Shown here piece by piece: positions 10,594 through 22,871 of a stretch of 24,854 bases of DNA. This stretch comes from Paraspadella gotoi (Eukaryota; Animalia; Chaetognatha), in contig JBJCIZ010000074.1 in assembly GCA_051294375.1 (NCBI GenBank), forward strand, positions 1 to 24,854, in the 5' to 3' direction. The position numbers were made by a program, and so were the translations under genes. How positions within the stretch are numbered: position 1 is the first letter of the stretch; every line of letters starts with the position of its first letter. Under the pieces are notes generated by a model. The model saw nothing but the letters and a program-made list of their open reading frames with translations. It made no database searches and had not been told where the DNA came from.

Positions 10594-10938
10594 AGATACG
10601 TATCGGTGAATTCACATTTTTTTTTCTGGCTCTTCTAACGAAGTTGGATACAACGATCACGACCCCAAATATCCGGCGCGCCTCTTAATTCACGAAGATG
10701 CCAACAACCTGTAAGATTTGAAGAGGGAAAAGGAAAAAAAGTGTTTCTCTCTCACTCTCGCTCTTCAATTTTTATTTTTATTATTCTTCCCCACCCCCCC
10801 CCCATCAGGTACGGTTACCCGAGTCGTTTGGTCCTACCTCGCGCCTGTTACGCCTTTGTATCGCCGGAAAGACTGAAAGAGATTCGTCGAGACATTTTAC
10901 AATACTTGACGAGTTGCATCAACTTACTGCCCAAATGC
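10594..10938 (+). pseudogene. Second, internally deleted Polinton PolB copy with intron 10711-10808
   Basis: ..HDPKYPARLLIHEDANNL|YGYPSRLVLP.. (palm motif A split by gtaag..catcag), then a jump to QYLTSCINLLPKC, which matches 17389-17428. Confidence 0.85.
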
Positions 10939-11900
10939 TCGCCTTCCACTTGTTACGTGGACGGAAACGAATGGCAAGGGTCGAACGCCCAACAATTTGC
11001 CCGGAAACCACCCGTGGTCCCTTGGAAGTCGGAAAATGGGCGTGAACGGCGTCGCCATGATCATGACCCCCGAAGATTTTAGAAGCGCTGAGGGTAAAAA
11101 ATAATTGAAATTGGTTATTTTATTCCGTTTTAAAAAAATCTCTTTCTCTCTCTCTCTCTCTCTCTTTTTTTTTTAGATTCGCGTCTTCGAACGTCACTTG
11201 TCGCTTGAAAGGAATCACACAGAGATGTCTCACCATAGAAATCACGAATCTCGCGACGAGTGTCTCGATCGTTGGCGGAGTGTCGTCGACGCCTTCTGCA
11301 AGGGTTCCGGATTTGGCGAACGATTGAATCTCTCGGTCATCAACTCCGACGATTCTACGTTGACCTCGCTCGTGGCGGCTTCCGGGGGAAAAAATCTCGG
11401 AGGGAAATAGCTTCGTCCCGGAGGAGGAGAAGAGACGAGACGAATCGCCTTTGGAAAAAACCACCAAAAAAAAAAAAAATGGCGGCGCACTGCGCGATCG
11501 ACCCCCCCCTCCTCACATCATTCCGCCTTTCCGCCGCGCATTCTTCTTCTTCGCTTCTGGAGAGAACGACGAAAGACGCCCCGCCGGCACCCCCGCCGGC
11601 CGCGGCTGGCGGCGATGGGGAAACGGCGAGAGAGAGCGGCGGGTCGAGCATAACAACAACAACAACAACAAAAAATTAAAAGAAAACGTCGAGAGCCCTC
11701 GACCTCGCCACGCGAAAGAAGATAAGAGGAGGAATGAAAAAAGCCAAATGACAGGCAACAACAACAACAACACGACGAAGATCTTAATAACATGTTGGAG
11801 AAACTTTTGAAAGAAAACAACGTGCTCCCCGAATTTGTTTAAATTTTTTTTTTCTCTCTCTCTCTCTCCTCTCTCTCTCTTCTCTCTCCTCTCTCCTTCT

Positions 11901-11944
<44 letters not shown>

Positions 11945-12127
11945 CGTCTATTCCTAACTATTTTTTTTTTTCTTATTTTTCCCTTTTTTTTATTTTGGTT
12001 TCTCTAATTATCTCGCCGAATGTTTGTATTATATATATAAAATAGAAAAAATAAAAGAATAAAAATTAATAATAATAGATTTCAATTTCTTAATTAAAAT
12101 ATATACAACGCGATTACACGAAAAAAA

Positions 12128-12162
<35 letters not shown>

Positions 12163-13010
12163 AGAAAAGAAAAATCCACTATCCTTCTCCTCCTCCGCTT
12201 CTTTCTCTCTCTTTTTTTCTCTCTTTTCTTCCTCTCTCTCTCTCTCTCTCTCTCTTTTCGTCCTCTTTCTCCCAACGATCGGAGCGATAATCGCCCAGAG
12301 CCAGAGATTGAAATTTGTTCAACCAGTATCTCTTGTCGTCGCTGCGAGAGACTTTTCTTAGTCAGTTTTTTCGAATAGAGAGTTATTTTATCGGCGTCGA
12401 TTCGCCGCTGAGTGGTTCTGACGGGGGCCAGGGTACGTGAGATATTCTCGAAACTTCTCGTGGGTCAACTCTCGGCGAATGGTCGTCTGCAAGTCCCCTT
12501 AGCGCCTTGATCTTTCCACCGTCTTCGAAAGAGGCGCGTGCGCGCAAGGCGCGCACGCGGACGGTCCGTGCACGCCTTGCGTGCACGCACCGGCCGCGGC
12601 AACGCCGGGCCGATGGGGGGGCCGCCCTGGGTCGCGGCTCCGCCCGGACGACACGCTGCGGCGCCGAAGGCGCCGGAGCGACTTCTTCTTCTCTTCATCC
12701 CTCTTCTGACGGACGACGACAGACGACGACAGACGAGAGATGGGAAAGTGTTTCGGGCGCCAATCGGCCCATCTCCAATAGGCGACGCCAATCCAATTCC
12801 CGTCGAAGTTACGTCGGAAAGGAGAGGCGGGGGAGAGGCGAAGGGATCGCAGTCTAACGTGGTAAAGATTCGATATCTCCTCCGACCTCTTCATCGCTCG
12901 GAAGGGGTGGGGGAAAAGGAGCTCGTCGTCGAGATCTTCGTCGTCGTAATATTCGCCATCCCCCGAAGGCCAAAGGAGGATTCGCGGCTCGTCGATGAGG
13001 GAGAGAGAGT
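10939..13010 (-). repeat. ~2.07-kb inverted copy of 17429-19451 (PolB C-terminus plus unknown gene)
   Basis: Colinear reverse complement, differing mostly by small indels and ending at the N gap. Confidence 0.95.
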
Positions 13011-13110
13011 NNNNNNNNNNNNNNNNNNNNNNNNNNNNNNNNNNNNNNNNNNNNNNNNNNNNNNNNNNNNNNNNNNNNNNNNNNNNNNNNNNNNNNNNNN
13101 NNNNNNNNNN
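13011..13110. other. Assembly gap (100 N)
   Basis: Run of n. Confidence 1.
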
Positions 13111-13274
13111 CCCTAGATCGCAACAACAACAACAAGAAATAAAAAAAAAAATTAAGTCCTAAAAAAAAAGTTATCCCGTTGAAAAAAAATCAAGCCCCTA
13201 CATCTTCTCCCCCTAAGACAAGTCTAGAAAGAAGACGGTCGAGGTTAAGGTATCTCAACCAAATCTTTTGGAAG

Positions 13275-13990
13275 ATGACAAAAAAGAAGCAACCAAAAAG
13301 TCAATCATCGACTACGTCGGACTATGAAGATAAGTTTAACGTCATTGGCGACATATATTACGACCCCAAACACCCGGCAGGATTCTCCACTTCAGCGAGA
13401 GTTCTTCAAGCGGCTCGTCGAAAAGATGCTTCAATTTCTAAAGTCAACGTGGAGAATTTTTTAAGAGCGCAAAGAGTTTACACAGATTACAAACGCCCGC
13501 CTAAAAAACTCTTTAGAAAGTATTACGTTTTAAGGAGAAACTCGGAATTTGCCATAGATTTGGTCGACGCCCAAGCCTTGAAGACGCGTTCGAATGGTTA
13601 CGCCTACTTCATTTCTTGCGTCGATGGCTTCTCCAAAATGGGTTGGGCACTTCCTTTGAAGACAAAGAGAGCCGTGGAAGTTGCGGGAGCCTTCGCCTCC
13701 ATCGAATCCAACGACTTTCACGCCCCGGAATGGGTGGTGATGGATGCCGGAAAGGAATGGAGCGGCGCCTTTGCCAAATTATTAAAAAGATTAGAAATAA
13801 AACCAATTTATCCATCGACCGGAAACAAATCTCCATTGGCCGAATCTTTTAACTCAACCATAGAATCCTATCTATACAAGGTCATGTACGCCATGTCAGA
13901 TTGGAATTTTGCCAAGTACGTACCATATTGCATCAGGGCTTACAACGCCTGCCCGAGAGTCGGTCTTTTCGGTCTCTCCCCCTCTCTCGC
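13275..13990 (+). CDS. Retroviral-type (rve) DDE integrase, N-terminal and catalytic part
   Basis: YYDPKHPAGFS start motif, FAIDLVD, VDGFSK, VMDAGKEW, LAESFNSTI, YN. The frame is clean and breaks after GLSPSLA. Confidence 0.93.
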
Positions 13991-16900
13991 GACGTTTTCG
14001 TTTGCGTCAAGTGTTTGTACAGTACGCAATCACCCAACGCCTTTTCTCTTCATTCTCGACTGTGTGGGCGAGAAACGGTGACGGCGCAGTTAGAGATTTA
14101 CCCGGAAAAAAATACATTTTTACACTATGACGCGCGAGAAAACTTTTTTCATCAGAATTTGTTTCGTGGCCTACGCGGATTTCGAGACGAGACCCATCCC
14201 CGTTAAGACGGTAGAGAGAAGGGACGAGGCGGCGAATGGAAGACCAAATTGGTCATGATCAAGTCTAAGCACGAAGCGGATCATGCAAAAACGTGCAAAA
14301 AATGTAGCGTGTTTCAACCGTGTTTGAAAATTAAAGAAACGCAAAAATTGTGGAAGAATTATCGGCCATCAGTTATAGTTATTTTATTAAATCGTCTTAC
14401 CCTTTGGACAACTTTCCTATGAGAAAATATCTGGGTGAGAACGCCGCGTTAGAGTTCTTGCGTCAAGCCCGTCAAGATTCCATCATTATTGGTTGCCTCT
14501 TGCGTCAAAACGTGCCCATGATTATGACGCCATCTGACGAAGCCATCTACGCCATGACAACCACCTGTCATTTTTGCGGAGAGAATTTTTTACCCAACGA
14601 TCGCGTTTGTAAACATCACGACCATAGAAACGGGAAATTTGTGGGTAAAAGTCACGTGACTGCAACGCAAAGAATCATTCGGCGGACAGATGGATCATGT
14701 ACTTTCACAAGTAAGAAAGCTTTAAACGAATCTCGTTTATTTTCAACTTTTCGACGGTTAATTATTTTTTTCTTTCCTCTACCCCTTTTTTCTATTTTCA
14801 GCGGAGCTAAATTCGATTGTAACTTGATCCTTCAAGCTTGCGCGTCGAAGGAAGCGAACAAACTAGTAAGAAATATTCGAAATGTCTTGGCAAAGGGAAA
14901 CTCTTTTCAAACGATAGACATCAACTTTCTCTGCGAACCTTGTTCGGAACGGATAGACGAGGAAGAGATCGTAGACGATGATGATGATGATGATTACGAC
15001 GATGATTACGGTTTGGAGGACGAGGACGGAGGAAGATGATGATGATGATGACGATTCGGGAGGATTCGATGGTCATGGGTTTTCCGGAGGAGGAAGAAGA
15101 AGAAGAAGAGACAACGAATATTTTGCTTGCGATTGCTTTTAAGATGGCTACTCTAACCATAAGAGACAGTTATAAGTTCTTAATATCGAGTTTGTCCAAT
15201 TTGATCGATTCGCGCGTCGACGAATGCTTCAAGATCGAGATGTCCGATTGCGACGGGTTTATGCGACAAAGATTGCGACAGATGTCGCGGCAAGAGCCAC
15301 CCATCCGAAATATTTCCGTTGACGGTCTCTCACGTGAAGAAAACGTTTGGTCGAGAAGAGCTATTCGACACCGTCTCTTAAAAATGTGTATGCCATTTAA
15401 ATATTTAAATTTGGAAACTCTCAAAGAAAAAAGTTTGCCCCCGAGAGAGAAATACTTTGACGAGTCGAAACAAAAGCTCATTTCGGAAGAGGATTACTTA
15501 AAGATTCGAGAAATATGGGATGCCTTGAAATTCGACAATTTAGGAGAGTTTCTTCTCTTTTATAACGTACGATAATATTATTACACGAGAAAAAATTGTA
15601 AGCTTTATCTTTTTACATTTTCTCTCTCTCTCTCTCTTTTTTTCAGGAACTCAACTGTACATTTTGGGGGACGTATTCGAAAACTATAGAAAAGTAAACA
15701 GAGAATGTTTTCGGTTGGATCCGTGCTATTACGTCTCGGGGCCCGCTTTAAAGTGAGTCGTGAAAATTTAATTTAATTTAATTTAATTTAAATTTAAATT
15801 TAAATTTAAATTTAATTTACCCCTTTCTCTCTCTTTATTTTTATTGCCAAGATATCATGCTCCAATTCTCGAAAGTAAAGATCGAGTTGTTTTCTCGGAA
15901 AGGCGTCAAGAATTTTTAGCTTTCGAATCTATGCTCAGGTTAATGCCAAGAAAAATAGTTTTTTTTCTTTTTTAAAATTAAAGTAACGAACGAACGATCG
16001 AATAAATAATAATAATTAAACATACCAATTTTTAGAGGAGGATAACGTATCGGTGAATTCTCGCTTTCTTTCCGCCTCGTCGAACGAAGGTTGGATACAA
16101 CGATCACGATCCTAAATATCCGGGCGCCTGTTGATACACGAAGACGCCAACAACCTGTAAGAGAAAAGGAAAAGGAAAAGGAAAAGGAAAAAAAAAGTTT
16201 TTTTTTTTTATGTCTTACCCATCTTTTTCCCCCTCTTTCAGTTACGGTTACGGCGAGTCGTTTGGCTTTACCTTACGCCGGTTACGCCTTCGTATCGCCG
16301 AAAGATTGGAAGAGATTCCGGGGGGGTGCGAGACGTTGAAGAGGGGCGTGGAGGGATTGACTCACAAGGACGAAGACGGAGAAGGTATTGATTCTAGAGC
16401 GACCCTTCGAACGCCCCGAGCATCTCCATCACGCCATGAGGACTTTCCAATCTTGCGAGAAAGCGAAAAGTTAGGGTCGAAGATTTGTCACCCTTTAGTC
16501 GTCGTTTGGCGCAAAAGTACGATCACAAACTAGGCGCCGTGGAAAAGCTAGTCGCTTGCACGACTCTCAAAGAGAATATTTTTTTGACCAGAGAGAGTTT
16601 AGCCATGGCCCTCTCTTTGGGTTTGGAGTTGACGGAGCTGACTTCGGCCATAGCCTTTCGTCAAAAACCTTTCATGAAAGAGTACGTGGTCACTTTTCGC
16701 GAAAGAGAAAAGAGGCGACCACCCCGTTTTTGAAAACTTTTTACAACTCTGCCGTCAATTCGGTGTTTGGACGAACATAATGAACCGGCGCCTCTTTCAA
16801 AACGGTCAAAATGTTTCGAAGTCCGGAGTACTTGTCGAAAATGGTTTCTCGGTGGATTTTCACTCGGTCCACGTGATATCGCCAAATTTAGCCGTCGTGA

Positions 16901-17710
16901 AGCTGGCCAGAGAAAAAGTGAGGTTTGGCTCGGCCATCATGGTCGGCGCCGTCATTCTCGACGCTCTAAACTGTTGATGGGGCGCTTCTTTTTCGAGGGC
17001 GTCAAACGAGTTTTTCCCGACTCGAGGGATGACGCCAGGGTGCGCCTCGTTCTACCGACACCGACGCCTTTTTTTGGTCGATAAGACGAGGGAAAAGGAA
17101 ATCCAAAATCAAACTTTTGGCGCGACTTGGCGCGGCTGGCGCCCTGGTTGGATACGAGCAATTACGGATTGGAACATCCCTACTTTGTCAACAATCCAAA
17201 AAAACTCTCCGAGGCCTGCTAGCTTATCGAGAAAGAAATCGAGCTCGAGTCGGGTTTTTTTAAAGGTAACGGTCTCATTTTTTTATTTTTAAACTTTTTC
17301 CCCATCTTCCCACCTCCCCATTCCTCATTTTTATTATTTATTATTATTATTATTTTTTTTTTTTTTCAAATCAGACGAACACCCCGATCAATACTTGACG
17401 AGTTGGCATCAACTTACTGCCAAATGCTACTCTCTCTCCCTCATCGACGAGCCGCGAAATCCTCCTTTGGCCTTCGGGGATGGCGACTATTACGACGACG
17501 AAGATCATCGACGACGAGCTTCTTTCCCCCACCCCTTCCGAGCGATGAAGAGGTCGGGGGAGATATCGAATCCTTACCAACGTTAGACGTCGACTCCCTT
17601 CGCCTCCTCCCCCGCCTCTCCCCTCCGACGTAACTTCGACCGGGAATTGGATTGGCCGTCGCCTATTTGAGATGGCCGATGGCGCCCGAAACACTTTTGC
17701 CCCATCTTCT

Positions 17711-17743
<33 letters not shown>

Positions 17744-18260
17744 GAAGAGGATGAAGAAGAGAAGTCGCTCCGCGCCTTCGGCGCCGCAGCGTGTCGTGCG
17801 GCGGAGCCGCGACTGAGGGCGGCCCCCCCATCGCCGCGGCGTTGCCGCGGCGCGGTGCGTGCACGCAAGGCGTGCACGGACCGTGCGCGCCTTAGCGCGC
17901 ACGCCGCCTCTTTCGAAGACGGTGGAAAGATCAAGGCTAGGGGATTGCAAGACGACCATTCGCCGAGAGTTCTGCCACGAGAAGTTTCGAGAATCTCTAC
18001 GTACCCTGGCCCCCGTCAGAACCACTCAGCGGCGAATCGACGCCGATAAACTAACTCTCTATCGAAAAAAGCTGACTAAGAAAAGTCTCTCGACCAGCGG
18101 ACGACAAGAAGATACTGGTTGAACAAATTCAATCCTCTGGCTCTGGGCGATTATCGCTCCGACGTTGGGAGAAAGAGGACGAAAAGAGAGAGAGAAGAGA
18201 GAGAAAGGAGGAGAAAGAGATACAAAAAAAAGAGAGAGAAAGAAGCGAGGAGGAGAGATA
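13990..18260 (+). CDS. polB: Protein-primed DNA polymerase B (N-truncated, 6 introns, many 1-nt indels; end approximate)
   Basis: YADFET (ExoI), CHFC..HHDH, FHN|GAKFD (ExoII), LGDVFENYRK..LDP, R|GG, DANNL|YG, NSVFGRT, DTD, GFFK|DE, KIKA.G, DDKRY..LALGDY. Introns: 14711-14801, 15567-15646, 15753-~15850, 15939-16035, 16157-16241, 17266-17374. Confidence 0.93.
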
Positions 18261-18276
18261 GTGGATTTTCTTTTCT

Positions 18277-18313
<37 letters not shown>

Positions 18314-18482
18314 TTTTTTTTCGTTGTAATCGCGTTTGTATATATTTTAATTAGAAATTGAATCTATTATTATTAATTTTTATTTCTTTTAATATATATA
18401 CAAAAAACATTCGGGAGATAATTAGAGAAACCAAAATAAAAAAAAGGAAAAAGATAAAAAAAAAAATAGTTAGGAATAGACG

Positions 18483-18578
<96 letters not shown>

Positions 18579-18695
18579 AAAAAATTTAAACAAATTCGGG
18601 GAGCACGTTGTTTTCTTTCAAAAGTTTCTCCAACAGTTATTAAGATCTTCGTCGTTGTTGTTGTTGTTGTTGTTGCCGTTTTCATTTGCTTTTTT

Positions 18696-19795
18696 TCACT
18701 CCTCTTTATCTTCTTTCGCGGTGCGAGGTCGAGGGCTCTCGACGTTTTCTTTTATTTTTTTTGTTGTTGTTGTTGTTGTTAGTGGCGACGGCCGTCTCTC
18801 TCGCCGTTCCCCATCGCCGCCAGCGGCGCCAGCGGCGGTGCCGGGGGCGTCTTGTCGTTTCCTCCAGAAGCGGAAGAGAAGAATGCGCGGCGGAGAGGCG
18901 GAGGATGTTTGAGGCGAGGGTTCGATCCGCAGTGCGCCGCCATTTTTTTTTTTTGGTGGTTTTTTTTCCAAGGCGATTCGTCCGTCTCTTTCCCCTCCGG
19001 GGACGAAGGCTATTTCCCCGAGATTTTTCTCCCCCGGAACCGCCACGAGCGAGGTCAACGTAGATATCGTCGGAAGTTGATGACCGAGAGATTCAATCGT
19101 TCGCCAAATCCGGAACCCTTGCAGAAGGCGTCGACGACATCCGCACGATCGAGACACTCGTTCGCGAGTCGTGATTTCCTATGTGAGACATCTCGTTGAA
19201 TTCCTTCTCAAAGCCGAAGTGACGTTCGAAGACGCGAATCTAAAAAAAAAAGAGAGAGAGAGAGAGAGAGAAAGAGATTTTTTAAAACGGAATAAAATAA
19301 CCAATTTTCATTATTTTTTCCTCAGCGCTCTAAAATTCGGGGTCATGATCAGGCGACGCCGTTCAACGCCCATTTCCGACTTCCAAGGACCACGGGGTTT
19401 CCGGCAAATTTGGGCGTCGACCCTTGCCATCGTTTCCGTCCACGAAGGCGAATTCGCGATCGTCCCACTCGCGGGAAGACTCTTCGGCCTCGTCGTGAAA
19501 TATGGAACCCACCAGCGCCCATCTTTCGCTGAATATCTTGAAGCGAGGCTCGAAAGCGCCGGAACCGGTTGAACGCCATCTCCCTGACTCAGCTTAGTTT
19601 GCAGATAAGTCACTCCTCGTCGCAAAGGGTAAACAGGACATAAAATTTCGCCATTCGATCATTTAAACCAAATTGTTTGCATTCGGCGCCATTAGGCCTT
19701 GTCTCGCGAATTTTGACGCAGTTTGACTCCAAGTTGAGCGTGACAAGTCACCGTCAGTCTTTCCCCGATAGGAAATTTGGCGAAGTCGATGTCAT
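18696..19795 (-). CDS. Unknown Polinton protein, frameshifted, one probable intron (~19240-19320)
   Basis: ATG at 19795 after an A run, with coding-like composition. In the inverted copy the intron is GT..TAG at 11094-11176. 3' end uncertain. Confidence 0.5.
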
Positions 19796-20043
19796 TTTTT
19801 TTACGAGAATTTTTTTTTTTTTTTTCCCTTTTTACGTCGACTCGTCTGTCTCTTCTCTCTCGGATCGATCGAGAATAAACAAAAAACGTCCGTGGGAGTA
19901 GAAGACAGAATGAAAATTGTCAAAGTTTTTTTTGATTAAATAGTCAACGAGAAAGAAAATCGTAGTTTTGACAGGGAAAAAAAATGTGGGGAATAATGGT
20001 AATATAACGAGGGATATATAGAGAAATAGAGAATAGAGGGAGA

Positions 20044-20086
<43 letters not shown>

Positions 20087-20430
20087 TATAAACGATAAGA
20101 CAAATGAGGGGAAATGAGGGACGCGTCTTTCTCTCAATTTCCGCAATCCCCGTTCTCTTTCAAAATTTTTTTTTTTTTTTCTCTTTTTAATTTTTTGACT
20201 TTTTTTCAGATTGCATTTTTTGAGGAATCTTTTTTTTAAAGTTTGACCAAAAATAGTTTTGGCAAGTAAGTTCGATGAAAATGATAACGATAATAGCGAG
20301 AGAGAGAAAGAGAGAAATTAAAGTTTAGTCTTTTTCTCTTGTCACCCTCCTGAATCCAACAGTGTCGAAGAAAAGTGGCGGGCGACTTCCGGGATTCGAA
20401 ATCGACGATCCGGGCGAGGGTGGACCGAGA

Positions 20431-20625
20431 ATGGAGGAAAATAAAAAAGAGAAGAAAGAAGAAGACGAAACGATGGAGGGCGGTTCGAATGAAAATCTCG
20501 CGTCGCTTTTTCGAGAAGAGGAGAGGAAAAGAGGTGAGAATTTTGTTTTCATGCCTCATAATCGCAAATTGGTTTTATATAAATCGAGTCTCGACATGTT
20601 TTCTAAATTCGAAATGTTTGTTTAA
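20431..20625 (+). CDS. Small acidic/basic hypothetical ORF
   Basis: MEENKKEKK..FMPHNRKLVLYKSSLDMFSKFEMFV; no motif recognised. Confidence 0.25.
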   Translation: MEENKKEKKEEDETMEGGSNENLASLFREEERKRGENFVFMPHNRKLVLYKSSLDMFSKFEMFV

Positions 20626-20849
20626 TTCGTTTACTTTTTCCACGTCCGCCCGTTTGAGTTTTTTTCCTTTTTTTACGTCCTCCATTTGACTTTTTTTTCT
20701 TTTCCTACCGCCAAATTGAGACTTTTTTTTTGCCCGAGATGAATTTTTTTTTTCTTGACCATTTTTAATAATTAATTTTAAAAGGGTGATGCCTTTTATA
20801 GGTTTTCCCCCTGTCTCCCTTCTTCTTTTCTTTCTTTTTAAGAGGGGGT

Positions 20850-21402
20850 GAAAAAGGGGGTAATTCTTCCGTCTTCCGCGTCCAGAGATCTGATTAAAAA
20901 GTCGCCACGATGTCGTGCCGCAAGGCGCTCTACAACTCGCGGGTAGTCGTAAATCGTTTTCATTATTTTTTCCGGCGTCATTCCTCTCCCCATGAAAAGT
21001 AAAATACGAGGCAATGGGCGAAGCAGGTTTGGGTTTTTGGAGATTGAATAGCTTCGTTAAGATAAACGATATTTTTTTTTTCGTCGGCAAGACTCGAGGG
21101 GACGTTATATCGGAAGCTTCTACCCGAAACTAATCCATGACAAAATATCGGTCTGGCCGGAATGAAGCAATATCCAGTGATCCCCGGCAAATAGATTCCT
21201 TAAATGGGGAAAATGGGTATAATTATGAGGCTATATTTTTTTTTGTGATGAAAAATAAAAAAAATAAAACCTGTAATTTGAGACATAGGCGGTAACCCGT
21301 CTTTGAGATTGGAAGGGTGTCGATGGCGTAAATCCCACCATAGATTTGGGCGAGAATACGGATCCGATTGTTGCCGATCTCATTCATTTCCATAGAATCC
21401 AT
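20850..21402 (-). CDS. Adenain/Ulp1-like cysteine maturation protease (frameshifted; intron 21199-21270)
   Basis: YGGIYAIDTLP, PG-DHWILL (His), MD-SFG (Asp), IQSPKTQTCFAHCL (Gln/Cys). 3' end approximate. Confidence 0.8.
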
Positions 21403-21415
21403 TTTGCGGTTTTTT

Positions 21416-22847
21416 TTAATAATCCTTAATAACTTGACGTCGGGATCCAACGAGATGGTCCGGAATGGTTGAAAAGACCAAGCATGGTCAAAGATTCGTT
21501 GTTGGATGAAGTGTCGAACGACATTTCCGCGCGACATTGACAATTTTTCTGGGTAAGACCGTGATCTTGAAACGGGGTAGTATATCTCACGTTAGACATT
21601 TACGTAAATCGCGTATCCCCCATAGGCAAACTGTTCCATAGAGATTGGTAAACCGTTATTATATAACGAAAGTCACTTTCGAAAAAGACGAAAATAGGCG
21701 AGAGAGTAATCTTTTCGTTCGACGTTTTAGAAAATTCAACCCTTATATTCCGTCGTTACTGGGCAATATTTCCGTTTTCGGCGATGAACTTTAAAGTTTT
21801 AAACCGGTGATTATCGAATCTGAATGGATTTTTAGAAAATTCCCCAGGTATCCGGAAGTGGGCGTGAAGGCTACGGCGAGGGTTTCCGGAAAAATTGACG
21901 AAGTAGTACATTTTCTATGGTGATAGTTTTCGTCCCGTCGCTATGTGAATGTCGGCAGCATGGTATTGTACGTTGTAAACGCAATTTTGTTTCATCAGTC
22001 TTCTCTCTATGTCCACGCTTGATGGAGGGTAAAACCTCGACCTTTCCAGATTGAAGCTGCATTCGTTTCAAATTCAACTTAAAATCCGGATCCGTGGCGC
22101 CGCTGAGGAGACAAAAAGGGTCGCCGTCCTCACAAAAGTTAAGGACGAAGTTACCTGACACAAGGAGAGAGAGAGAGAGAGAGAAAATTTTATTTTCAAA
22201 TATAATACTTGACTAATTATTTATTTAATAATTACCTGAGGAATTAACAGTTTGTTTTGATTAAACATCCGTGATTTACGAAAGACACAATCTAACCAGG
22301 ACCCGCGACCAAACATCGTGGCTCTGGTTTAAACGCGAGGCCGCAGCGGCCGTCTGAGCTTGATCCGCGTCGAAGTTGTCATCCAATTACCCATCCCATG
22401 ACTTTCATTTAGGTGAGGCATCAGCGAATAATTAAGCAAGTTTGTAAAGTAGAGGGGAAGCCGTATGTCGATACGAATCGTCCAAGTTAACCGAGTTGAT
22501 TTTGAACGTCACGGATTCGAACATGTCGAGCGATAGAATTGATGACGCTGCACGAAGAATTCTTGTCGGTAATGGCGTCTATCTGAGAGCCGTCCTTCTT
22601 CGTTATGGTCAGATCGACGACGTAAAAGGTAAGAGTTCATATCCAAAAATTCCGAACACGGGGGTAAGTAAAAAGGCGATGACAGTTGTTATTCGCGGTG
22701 TCCAGGCGTTCGTTGGAGAAATGACGTCGTATCGGACCTTTCGATGCCTACGGCCTCGTTAACCCTTTCAAAACGACGCCCGAGGGCGCTCTCTACGGCA
22801 CGCCTCACCCTTGTTGACTCCGTCGCGCGAACGAGATTATCCGTCAT
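21416..22847 (-). CDS. Major capsid protein, double jelly-roll type (frameshifted; intron 22155-22235)
   Basis: YDVISPTN, ITKKDGS, MFESVTFKINS, NLLNYS, FNQNKLLIPQ|V, FKLNLKRM, C-terminal RQVIKDY*. Size fits a Polinton MCP. Confidence 0.8.
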
Positions 22848-22871
22848 TTTTTTTTCTCTTATGAAATATTT

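Noticed and set aside
13179-14081. 300-aa ORF as a complete integrase or an integrase-PolB fusion
   Set aside because: The last ~30 codons are out-of-frame PolB sequence beyond the 13990 breakpoint.
10939-19451. 2-kb inverted repeats as Polinton TIRs
   Set aside because: They contain internal coding sequence, abut a gap, and have an exact inversion breakpoint.
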